Virus record (IMG/VR): IMGVR_UViG_3300031578_012080
Location: 1 to 63,022 of that record
Source: a virus
Lineage: Duplodnaviria; Caudoviricetes
Length of the DNA stretch: 63,022 nucleotides
Reading direction: 5' to 3' (one strand)
Shown: positions 7,843-16,532 of the stretch, one piece after another
How the letters are laid out: the number at the start of each line of letters is the position of its first letter
How positions within the stretch are numbered: the first letter of the stretch is position 1
Position numbers and translations under genes: made by a program
Notes under the pieces: model-generated
Database searches by the model: none
What the model saw: only the letters and a program-made list of their open reading frames with translations
Told to the model about the DNA's origin: nothing

Positions 7843-8992
7843 ATGCTCTTAATTCATCAATTATTTTCTGATAATCTAATGCTTTAATTTTTTTAATTAA
7901 TTCTTCTTCTGTAACCAGCAAATCATATTTTTCAATAATCTCTTTATACTTTGGTAAATGACCATAGACATGTTGCCATTTAGAATCTTTATGAATTAAA
8001 GGTATACATGCTCTATCTACAGCTTCATGAAATCTAATTAGAGAGAACTCATTCTCACAATATGCTGGAATTACCATTGTATAACGAGCAGCTGCAATAT
8101 ACTTATCGTTATAATCAAACCCATTTACATACGTATTTATTTTTCTTTGTTTATCTTTAAAAAAATGTTTGTAAGTTATACCTTCTTTATCAAAATCTTT
8201 TTCCAGTTCCAAGAGTTTGCCAATCATATTAAATCTATATGGAACAGATGTCATAACACTTGTCATACCAAAAACAAAATCATATTCTTTTTTATATTCA
8301 AAAGTCTGATCTTTGTTTCGTTTGTAAATAAATCCATATTCTACATAAGGAAAATATTCAGCATTTACCCTTGGACAATCATAATAAAAAAATCTTTTAT
8401 TTATAGGATTAACTGCATGAAAACTTAATTCAAGTGGGTCATCCACAAATTGAACAATGGGTACATTATAATTTCTATTCAAATAATATTCAACCATTAT
8501 TCTTCTATAATAGTTCTTTATTGATGAGAAGCTGAATCCATACTTATCATCTTTTACAATATTTTTATATAATCCTTCTAAATTATCTTCATTACCAAAG
8601 CTCCAAGCATCAATTAATGGGGTAAATGCAATTATAACTTTATTGAAATGATATTGTGAAAATAAATCATCAAGTATTTCTAATGATTTTTTCCATGAAT
8701 CACTCTTCATATAATCTGAACCATCAATAAGACTTGTAAATTTTGTTTTATTTTTAAGCGTTTTTTCAAGACGCTCTGGGCGGACAAATGTGAAGAAATG
8801 ATAATTGTTATTTCCAAGTTCCACAAAATCTAGATTTTTATCGATACGGTGTTTTGCGAAAAATCCACAATGATTACATCCAAACATGACTAATGTATTA
8901 TTTTTATATCCTTCTATTTTTTGACCTTTTCTTCTTCTCATAGTTTGTACATTTGTTGTATCAACTTTCACATCACTTTTTCTTTTTATCAT
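7766..8992 (-). CDS. GT-B glycosyltransferase, T4 beta-glucosyltransferase-like
   Basis: QFVDDP, YDFVFG and RYTMVIP....FSLIRFHEAV...CIPLI match a GT-B C-terminal donor-binding segment; hmC gene context. Confidence 0.7.
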   Translation of the reverse strand: MIKRKSDVKVDTTNVQTMRRRKGQKIEGYKNNTLVMFGCNHCGFFAKHRIDKNLDFVELGNNNYHFFTFVRPERLEKTLKNKTKFTSLIDGSDYMKSDSWKKSLEILDDLFSQYHFNKVIIAFTPLIDAWSFGNEDNLEGLYKNIVKDDKYGFSFSSIKNYYRRIMVEYYLNRNYNVPIVQFVDDPLELSFHAVNPINKRFFYYDCPRVNAEYFPYVEYGFIYKRNKDQTFEYKKEYDFVFGMTSVMTSVPYRFNMIGKLLELEKDFDKEGITYKHFFKDKQRKINTYVNGFDYNDKYIAAARYTMVIPAYCENEFSLIRFHEAVDRACIPLIHKDSKWQHVYGHLPKYKEIIEKYDLLVTEEELIKKIKALDYQKIIDELRACEDYQKFLDISFYENYKKRYQQDIF

Positions 8993-8998
8993 GCCGGT

Positions 8999-11900
8999 TT
9001 AAACCTTTAGTTTTAAAATATTATCTATAAAATATGTTTTCATTCCTGCAAAATCTTCATCTCTTCTTATTTTTACTTTTACAAGATCACCATTATAAGT
9101 ATCACTATTTATTAATCCAATATCTTCAGCAACATTTGACCATGCTTTCAAATCAATTGAATAACATTCATCGTATACTGTTGCATAAACTAATTTTCCA
9201 CTAATTTCAATATTATTAATATATCCAAAGCAAAATTTTGGAGGACCTATTGTCATTTCTTCACATTCAATTAATGTTTTTAAATATCTATCTTCAGATT
9301 TTACTTTTTCAAACTGAAATACTCTTTTTTCAATTAGCTCTTCATTTTTCTTATCAATTATGCTATCTATTTCTTCAGTATCTTTGGTTATGTGTATAAA
9401 ACTATTTAATGTACATGGTTTATAACTATAAATTGAATATCTTGAAACAGCAAAATATACAATTCTTCCAAGTTTAATTACATTCTTATAGTTTTCAAAA
9501 ACTGAATTCCATACTTTCAATGTTATAAATGAATTATCATCTTCAATTCTTATCTTATAAAATCTTCTTCCAGCCTTTGTTTCACCATCTTCAATTCTTT
9601 TTATAACACCAATGCTTGCACCATATCCGTTATCCTTTATGTTTTCAATAGTTCCATATTTTTTAACATCAATCTGCAATTGATTCATCTTATTGATAAA
9701 TTCAAAACCTAAAACAGTATTAGTAAATTTATCATTTTCTTCATCTGTAAGTTTGAATAGTTCAAGATCCATATCTTCAATTGTTAATTGTTTAATATCA
9801 ATTGTAAGATTGTTTGTTATTTTCTCAATAGTATTACAAATGGTATCAGAAACTGGATTTTTATCTCTTTCCTTTGCCAATCTACTGTGTTCTCCTACAA
9901 AAAACCCTTTTCTGTTTTGACATTTTTTATAATAAGTAAAAAGAATTTTTATTCTATCACCAAAATCATCAAATCCGCCTACAAGAATTAATGGCATCAT
10001 GACTCGTTTGGTAACTTTACTTTTACCTCTTTGTTTTATTGTTCTTTCAAGGAAATCATCAAAAGATGTGAACGGATGTTTATTTGAAATTTCAGCAGCT
10101 GGTTCAGCACCAACACCTTTCAAATTTATAAATCCAATAACAATACTATTCCCATCTATTGTGAAATTTAATTTACTTTTATTTACATTAATTCCTTCAA
10201 TATTAATTTCTAATTTTTTAGCTTCCCTTATGTAGCTCTCATATTTTGATTCATCTTTTGGAATATTCTGTAATACAGCACAAATATATTCTTTTGGATA
10301 ATATGTTCTGAGCCATGCACAACGATATGAAATTATTGTATAACTTACTGCGTGGGACTTGTTGAAGCCGTAGCCGGCCCATTTTAAAAATCCATCAAAA
10401 AGTTTTTCCAGTTCTTTTACAGGAAGATGTTTCTTACCATTTGCAATAAATTTCTTTTTATATTCCTGAAGTTTTTTCCATTGTTCATCTTTAACTGTTC
10501 CTTTTACTTTAGTAAGTAGTTTTCTTAAAATATCTGTTTCAACCAATGTAAAATCAGCTATTTTATTAGCAATCTGCATTATTTGTTCTTGATAAACTAC
10601 AATACCATAAGTATATCCAAGAACTTCTTCCAATAATGGGTGAATCTTATATTTTGATTTTCCTAATTTTCTTCTACAAAATTCATCAGTCATTCCACTT
10701 TGTAATGGTCCAGGTCTACCTAAAGCTGTAACAGCTGCCAAACAATCAAAACTATCACATTTTGAATCTTTAAGCAGTTTTCTCATCATTGGACTTTCAA
10801 ATTGGAATATTAAATTACCATTTCCAAGCATAATCTGTTCATATATTTTAGGATCATTTAAATTACTATCAATATCTTCATGTGCATCAATTTCTTTTCC
10901 ATGTCTTTCTTTAACAATTTTAATAGTATCCTTAATAAATGTTAGATTTAATAATCCAAGTATATCATATTTGACAAATCCAAAACTTGAAAGTTCCGCA
11001 CCTCTTTTTCCTTCAATCCATGCTGACAATATATTATTTTGTCTTGTAACTAATGGTAAATTTCCTGTCAAATCATGTTTGCTAATAATAAATCCTGCAG
11101 CATGTGCAGAAATATTTCTTATTCTTCCACGTATATTCCAAAATGTGTTATAGGGATTCAATGTTTTTTCTTCTGTTTTTCTTTGAACAAGTTGTTCATA
11201 TTGTTTTTCTCTAAGTGGTTCAAATAATGGACCAAAAGTTTTTTCTGCCTCCTCTTTGTCCATTAGATCAACATCTGATGTCAATTGTTTTGTTATCATT
11301 CTTGATACGACAAGCGGAACATCAAAAACTCTACAAACATCTGCGATTGAAGCTCTTGTCTGATAAGTTCCATAAGTACCAATTGCACATGTTTTGTTTC
11401 TACCATATTTTTGAATAATATAATCTTTTATTGCATCTCTTCCATGAGGTTCAAAATCTATATCAATATCAGGCATATCTTGACGTGCTTCATTTAGAAA
11501 TCTTTCAAAGAATAAATTGAATTGTAATGGATCAACATCAGTTATTCTGAGAACATAACATAATAATGCTCCTGCTGCCGATCCCCTACCACAGCCGACC
11601 CAGATATCATTGTCCCAAGACCATTTTACCATATCCCAAACAATTAAAAAATATCCTGAATATTCTTTTCTTTTTATTACATCAAGTTCCATTTCTAATC
11701 TAGCAATATACTTTTCGTTATTTTTCCCTCTTTCCTTCAAACCTTCAAATGCTAGATGTCTTAAATACTCATATGAACTATCAAAACCTTTAATGTCATC
11801 ATAATCTGCAATTTTCAAACTTGTATCAATTTCAACTTTACAACTATCTGCAAATTTTACTGCATTCTTTTTTGCCTGTTCATATACATCACGTGGAACT

Positions 11901-13273
11901 ATTTCAGTATATAAATCTTCATATGTTTGGTCAAGATCTTCAGCTGATTTATACCATAGTTCTTTAGAATGAAATGTAAATATTTTATCTGGGTCTTCTT
12001 GTAAATCTTTTATCTTATTATTATTTTGTATTAATAGCATAACATCTTGATAATATGAATCATCTTTCTTAACATAATGACAATCACTTGTCACAACTAA
12101 ATCTATGTCTAAATCCTTTGATATTTTTACAAGTTCTGCATTTACTTTTTGTTGTTCTTCAATATCAAGTAACATTAATTCAAGAAAGAAATCTTTTCCA
12201 AATATACTTTTATAATATTCAGATGCCTTATATGCACGATCCAAATCACCATTTAAAATACACTGTGAAATTGGTCCTGCATAACATGCTGTTCCACATA
12301 ATAATCCTTCAGAATATTTTTCAATCATTTCATGTGTTGTTCTTGGTCTTCTATAATATCCATTTATCCATGCATCTGACGTTAATTTTATCAGATTACT
12401 TAAACCTGTATTATTTTTTGCTAATAATGTTAAATGATAATTTTTTCTAAATTTACTTTGTAGATCTTCTAGTGAATCAAATCCTTCTGGCAATTTTAAA
12501 TCTTTTGCTGCTTTTACATTATATTCACGAAGATCTCTATAATCATTTAAATAAATCTCACATCCATATATTGCATTTAATCCTAGTTCTTTACAAATAT
12601 TATATTGTCTTGGAATTTGACCTAACATTCCATGATTGGTAATTGCTAAATGTTTCCATCCTCTTTCTTTTGCAGCATGTGCATATTCTTCAACAGTACC
12701 ATATCCATCTAAAAGTGAATATTCATCATGAATATGTAAATGTACAAACGGTTGGCATCCCTTTAATTTTTTTATTTTATCATCATATTCCTTTATAAAC
12801 TCTTTTATAAGGGGAATAGAAGGTTTTATTTGATCATACCATTCATCATAAGATTCACCTTTATCAATTTGCACAACTTGAGGATGCCAAATCGCAATTG
12901 CGTGGCCATTTTTCTTTTTTTCTAAAATACCATAATCCGCAAGATCCAATAATTCTCTTGCTAATTCGCCAATCGCAATTATTAGTTCTGGTTTCTGTTC
13001 ACCAATTATTCTTGTAATATAATCAACAAGCTCATCTTCATCTTTTTCATTTAAATCGAGTTCATCTTGTTTTCTAGGTAGGGCAGTGATGAAATAATTA
13101 TTAGAAGTTAGTTTTAGTGATGAAAATAATTTTCGTAAATGTTTGGAAAATTTTTCTTTTGCAATTTCTTTCTTTATATCAAATGGAAAATCACAATTAT
13201 CAGTTTCTCTATCTATTAAAATATCTAATCCGAAAATTAGAATCTTAGATTCTTTGTTTCCAAATTCTATCAT
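8999..13273 (-). CDS. dnaE: DNA polymerase III alpha subunit with N-terminal UDG-like domain
   Basis: PHP motifs HLHIH..YSLLDG, TNHG, SDCHY; GRGSAAG; MPDIDIDF; KYDILGL; YGFNKSHA. N-terminal ~165 aa has KPELIIAIG and WHP. Confidence 0.95.
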   Translation of the reverse strand: MIEFGNKESKILIFGLDILIDRETDNCDFPFDIKKEIAKEKFSKHLRKLFSSLKLTSNNYFITALPRKQDELDLNEKDEDELVDYITRIIGEQKPELIIAIGELARELLDLADYGILEKKKNGHAIAIWHPQVVQIDKGESYDEWYDQIKPSIPLIKEFIKEYDDKIKKLKGCQPFVHLHIHDEYSLLDGYGTVEEYAHAAKERGWKHLAITNHGMLGQIPRQYNICKELGLNAIYGCEIYLNDYRDLREYNVKAAKDLKLPEGFDSLEDLQSKFRKNYHLTLLAKNNTGLSNLIKLTSDAWINGYYRRPRTTHEMIEKYSEGLLCGTACYAGPISQCILNGDLDRAYKASEYYKSIFGKDFFLELMLLDIEEQQKVNAELVKISKDLDIDLVVTSDCHYVKKDDSYYQDVMLLIQNNNKIKDLQEDPDKIFTFHSKELWYKSAEDLDQTYEDLYTEIVPRDVYEQAKKNAVKFADSCKVEIDTSLKIADYDDIKGFDSSYEYLRHLAFEGLKERGKNNEKYIARLEMELDVIKRKEYSGYFLIVWDMVKWSWDNDIWVGCGRGSAAGALLCYVLRITDVDPLQFNLFFERFLNEARQDMPDIDIDFEPHGRDAIKDYIIQKYGRNKTCAIGTYGTYQTRASIADVCRVFDVPLVVSRMITKQLTSDVDLMDKEEAEKTFGPLFEPLREKQYEQLVQRKTEEKTLNPYNTFWNIRGRIRNISAHAAGFIISKHDLTGNLPLVTRQNNILSAWIEGKRGAELSSFGFVKYDILGLLNLTFIKDTIKIVKERHGKEIDAHEDIDSNLNDPKIYEQIMLGNGNLIFQFESPMMRKLLKDSKCDSFDCLAAVTALGRPGPLQSGMTDEFCRRKLGKSKYKIHPLLEEVLGYTYGIVVYQEQIMQIANKIADFTLVETDILRKLLTKVKGTVKDEQWKKLQEYKKKFIANGKKHLPVKELEKLFDGFLKWAGYGFNKSHAVSYTIISYRCAWLRTYYPKEYICAVLQNIPKDESKYESYIREAKKLEINIEGINVNKSKLNFTIDGNSIVIGFINLKGVGAEPAAEISNKHPFTSFDDFLERTIKQRGKSKVTKRVMMPLILVGGFDDFGDRIKILFTYYKKCQNRKGFFVGEHSRLAKERDKNPVSDTICNTIEKITNNLTIDIKQLTIEDMDLELFKLTDEENDKFTNTVLGFEFINKMNQLQIDVKKYGTIENIKDNGYGASIGVIKRIEDGETKAGRRFYKIRIEDDNSFITLKVWNSVFENYKNVIKLGRIVYFAVSRYSIYSYKPCTLNSFIHITKDTEEIDSIIDKKNEELIEKRVFQFEKVKSEDRYLKTLIECEEMTIGPPKFCFGYINNIEISGKLVYATVYDECYSIDLKAWSNVAEDIGLINSDTYNGDLVKVKIRRDEDFAGMKTYFIDNILKLKV

Positions 13274-13309
13274 GCATTATACCTTTTCTCTCTTCATAAA
13301 ATATATTAT

Positions 13310-13329
13310 TATTATATTCTTTTTCACAA
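13310..13329 (-). promoter_or_regulatory. putative phage promoter/operator TTGTGAAAAAnnATATAATA upstream of dnaE
   Basis: 18/20 identical to 41610-41629; contains TATAAT; intergenic. Confidence 0.55.
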
Positions 13330-13335
13330 TCAAAT

Positions 13336-13482
13336 TTACTCTTCTCTTTTGATTTCTTTTAATTCATATCTCCCATCGCAATAATCATTACAAACTTCAT
13401 CTATAACTGTCCCTAATTTTTCCCAAAATGCTCTTAAGCTTCTCTTATCCAATTCAGCTTTTAATTCAAATGTTATCTTCAT
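13336..13482 (-). CDS. 48-aa hypothetical protein (not in ORF track)
   Basis: MKITFELKAELDKRSLRAFWEKLG...REE*; AAAGGGG RBS; fills an intergenic gap. Confidence 0.65.
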   Translation of the reverse strand: MKITFELKAELDKRSLRAFWEKLGTVIDEVCNDYCDGRYELKEIKREE

Positions 13483-13493
13483 ATTAATCCCCT

Positions 13494-14396
13494 TTAGAAG
13501 CTTTTAACCTCTTTCAAGTTCTTAATTCTTATTTCATATTCTTCATTTATTTCTTTTTGAATACCGGACCATTGTCGTTCAAGTTCTTTATAATACTGCA
13601 TTTTCTGATGTTGATTTAAACTTAATGCCATATCCGTAGCAATTTTTATTTTATTTAAAACCCGTTCAATTACAACTCTAATATAAATAGTTTCAACTTG
13701 TTTTGAAATCAGTGGACTCATTGATTCAATACCCAAAAAACTTGCTGTTTTTGGATCCAAAAACTTCAAGAATTTTTCAGTCTGATCTAATTCTTTACTC
13801 TTTAATAATGCTTGAGACTGTATTTTAAGTTTTGATAGAATTTGTGTTTGGAGATTATTAACTACATTTTCTTGTTTCATAATCAGATCATCAAGACCCT
13901 CAATTCTATCTTCATCAATTCTATCTTGCTTTATCTGCTCTAATTCTTGTAGCCGTGTAATCTGTTGTTTCATTGAAAGTTCTATTAATTCTAAATCATT
14001 TATTCTTTCATCAACTAAAACTTTAAATATATCTGTCATTTGTTGTTGTTGTTCAACAGGTAAATTATTCATACCATTTTTTCTATTATATTCTGCTACT
14101 GCTGCACCTTTAAAGTTGAAATGATTATTAAAATGTCTAGTCAACATTGCTAATGATATTTTTTCACCAGTTTTTTCGCGAACCTTATCCCCAAATCGTG
14201 TTAATATTTGATCGTATGAAAATCCATTCAGATAAGCTTCATTTATTTTAATTGCAAAATACTGTAGATTACAACAAGGGCACTTTGGATCGATAGTCAT
14301 ATATTTAAAAATAATTTTCTCATCATCTTCATCCTCAAGCGTTGTTGGTACCATCATATTTATTTGTTCTTTTTTTTCTTTTCTTCTATTCATCAT
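13494..14396 (-). CDS. hypothetical protein with CxCC/HxxxH putative Zn-HTH domain and coiled coil
   Basis: KCPCC, GFSYDQI...ISLAMLTRHFNNH, long helical C-terminus. Confidence 0.7.
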   Translation of the reverse strand: MMNRRKEKKEQINMMVPTTLEDEDDEKIIFKYMTIDPKCPCCNLQYFAIKINEAYLNGFSYDQILTRFGDKVREKTGEKISLAMLTRHFNNHFNFKGAAVAEYNRKNGMNNLPVEQQQQMTDIFKVLVDERINDLELIELSMKQQITRLQELEQIKQDRIDEDRIEGLDDLIMKQENVVNNLQTQILSKLKIQSQALLKSKELDQTEKFLKFLDPKTASFLGIESMSPLISKQVETIYIRVVIERVLNKIKIATDMALSLNQHQKMQYYKELERQWSGIQKEINEEYEIRIKNLKEVKSF

Positions 14397-15267
14397 CTAT
14401 TTCTCCAATCTTACACCAATTTCTATTCTTATATTTATCTTGCGTCCACCCACGTACATATTTAGCATGATTTAATCCATTTATAACCGAACTTATATTA
14501 TCTGCTTTCGCAAGTATATATGATTCTTTTGTTTTACATTCTTCTGGACTTCCCCATTCTCGTTTACCATGTGAACTTAAAATCATATGATATAATAACA
14601 TCATCTTTTTAGGACCTATATCATTTGGAATTATTTTAGAAGCAAATAATGCAGATATTGAAAGATGCCCTAGTAAATGTTCCCAATTTGTTTTTATAAT
14701 CATTTTTTTATCACCTAAATCTTTAATATCATAACACTTTAATTTTCCAATATCATGTAATAATCCACCTGTTATAATCAAATCCCTATCCATTTCTTTA
14801 TAATAATCGCATAAATAAATAGCAACCTCTGTCGTTTCAACTGTGTGCTGTAATAATCCATGAGGATAATTATGATGACGATTTTGAGCTGCTGGATATA
14901 TTAAAAATAAATCTAAAATTTCATCAACAAAAATAGAATCTATAATTTTTTTATATTCCTTGTCCTTTATTTGATTACATAAATTTTGAAAACGAATTCT
15001 ATAATCTTCATACATTGGACTGTCTTCTTCATCTATACTTTTTCCTACATAAATTATATCTAAAAATTGTTCGTCTTTTCTTTTTCTTAATCTTCCTTGT
15101 ATTTTTATTTTATCATTTACTTGATAAGAGTTAGCAAATAAATCTATATTATCTTTTAAAATCCCTTCAATCATTCCATTATGATTTTCCAACATGATAG
15201 AAAGATGATTCTTTTTAACCTCAATTTTTCTAATATGATACTCGTCAATTATATCTTTATTTGCCAT
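14386..15267 (-). CDS. yhaM: YhaM/Cbf1-like 3'-5' exonuclease (OB + HD domains)
   Basis: PAA..RHHNYPHGLLQHT, LLHDIGK, LLGHL, HMILSSHG..EWGSP; N-terminal OB fold. Confidence 0.85.
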   Translation of the reverse strand: MANKDIIDEYHIRKIEVKKNHLSIMLENHNGMIEGILKDNIDLFANSYQVNDKIKIQGRLRKRKDEQFLDIIYVGKSIDEEDSPMYEDYRIRFQNLCNQIKDKEYKKIIDSIFVDEILDLFLIYPAAQNRHHNYPHGLLQHTVETTEVAIYLCDYYKEMDRDLIITGGLLHDIGKLKCYDIKDLGDKKMIIKTNWEHLLGHLSISALFASKIIPNDIGPKKMMLLYHMILSSHGKREWGSPEECKTKESYILAKADNISSVINGLNHAKYVRGWTQDKYKNRNWCKIGEIDDE

Positions 15268-15268
15268 T

Positions 15269-15499
15269 TTATCTTTCCTTTTGTTTTAAATAACATTTTT
15301 GACATAAACCTCTTGCAAATAATTTGCCACCGCATCCAATATTACTACAAATGCCATCAATATAAATAAAAACTCTGGTTCTTATTTCGCCTCTTAATCT
15401 CATTTGTTGATAATGTTTATAACACTTCCCTCTACAGACAGCATCTCTTTCACATTTTTTTACTAAACATTTGTTTCCTTTATTTTTTACATATTTCAT
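15269..15499 (-). CDS. small Cys-rich protein with two C-x4-C-x8-C-x2-(H/C)Y repeats
   Basis: CLVKKC...RGKCYKHY and CSNIGC...RGLCQKCY. Confidence 0.7.
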   Translation of the reverse strand: MKYVKNKGNKCLVKKCERDAVCRGKCYKHYQQMRLRGEIRTRVFIYIDGICSNIGCGGKLFARGLCQKCYLKQKER

Positions 15500-15720
15500 A
15501 TTTCTTCAAGATAGATTTTTATTTCTTCAATTGTACACAATTTTTGATTTTTTACATCTTGAAAATCAAATAATCCTTGTTTAAAAACAGTTTCAATAGT
15601 TATTATATTAAATTTCCTTACGTTTTTATCATCAATTATAATTATTTTTTTTCTAATATTACAAAGAGAATCAATAATTAATGTAAATTTTTCATCACCA
15701 TGGTGTGCAATTACTTTCAT
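15496..15720 (-). CDS. hypothetical protein
   Basis: ATGA overlaps with both neighbours. Confidence 0.6.
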   Translation of the reverse strand: MKVIAHHGDEKFTLIIDSLCNIRKKIIIIDDKNVRKFNIITIETVFKQGLFDFQDVKNQKLCTIEEIKIYLEEI

Positions 15721-16010
15721 AGATATGTCCTAACTGTTTTTTCAAAATTACTTTCACTTTTAAATCCATTCATTCTAAAAATAAGCTCATTATCTTTTAT
15801 AAAAATAAAAGTTGGTAATTCTTTTATGTTATAATATTCTGCAGTTGAATAATCATCAATAGCATCGACTCTTACAATAGAAAATTTTTCGTTATAGATT
15901 TTTTCTAATTTGGTGAGGAAAGGTCTTATCTTTTCGCAGAGTATACAAATTGTTGACCAGAATTCTACTATAATAAGCTTATCTGGATTTGCTAACTTCT
16001 TAATATCCAC
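15717..16010 (-). CDS. trxA: thioredoxin
   Basis: IIVEFWSTICILC (CxxC), VRVD, YNIKELPTFIF, G near the C-terminus. Confidence 0.85.
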   Translation of the reverse strand: MDIKKLANPDKLIIVEFWSTICILCEKIRPFLTKLEKIYNEKFSIVRVDAIDDYSTAEYYNIKELPTFIFIKDNELIFRMNGFKSESNFEKTVRTYL

Positions 16011-16028
16011 AATTAATCCTTATTAATC

Positions 16029-16532
16029 TTAAGTTAATGATAAATTTCTAAATAGTGTTGATGAATAATTTAATAAAATTTGATATGCTCTATCTAGTTC
16101 TTTATCATTCATTTCTTTTAATTGTTTTTTTAATCTTCTTTCAATCTCAAAAATAATTGTTCTAACATCATCAGGTGTCAGATATAGTGTTCCAGCTAAA
16201 ACTATTCTCATATCATTATGATTACTATTTCTGACTACATTTTTAAATTGATCTAATTTTAATTTTCTCTTTTTATCATTATAATTGTAAAGTATCTTTT
16301 TACTTAATTTTTTTATTGTATATCCGTCCCAGCTATTAAATGAACTTTTATATGCTGATAATATATCCAAACAAAATCTAAAAATATGTTTTTCATCATT
16401 GTCTTCAATTATTAGCCCAAACGTAGCAAAAAAATTAGCATTGCTAAAATTTTTTCTTGCCAAAGAAAGGATTTGGGTTCTTTCTTTTTTTGAAAGAACA
16501 TGCCATCCATCAAACTCTACACTTAATTTCAT
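16029..16532 (-). CDS. hypothetical protein
   Basis: 167-aa ORF abutting the upstream gene; no motif recognised. Confidence 0.65.
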   Translation of the reverse strand: MKLSVEFDGWHVLSKKERTQILSLARKNFSNANFFATFGLIIEDNDEKHIFRFCLDILSAYKSSFNSWDGYTIKKLSKKILYNYNDKKRKLKLDQFKNVVRNSNHNDMRIVLAGTLYLTPDDVRTIIFEIERRLKKQLKEMNDKELDRAYQILLNYSSTLFRNLSLT

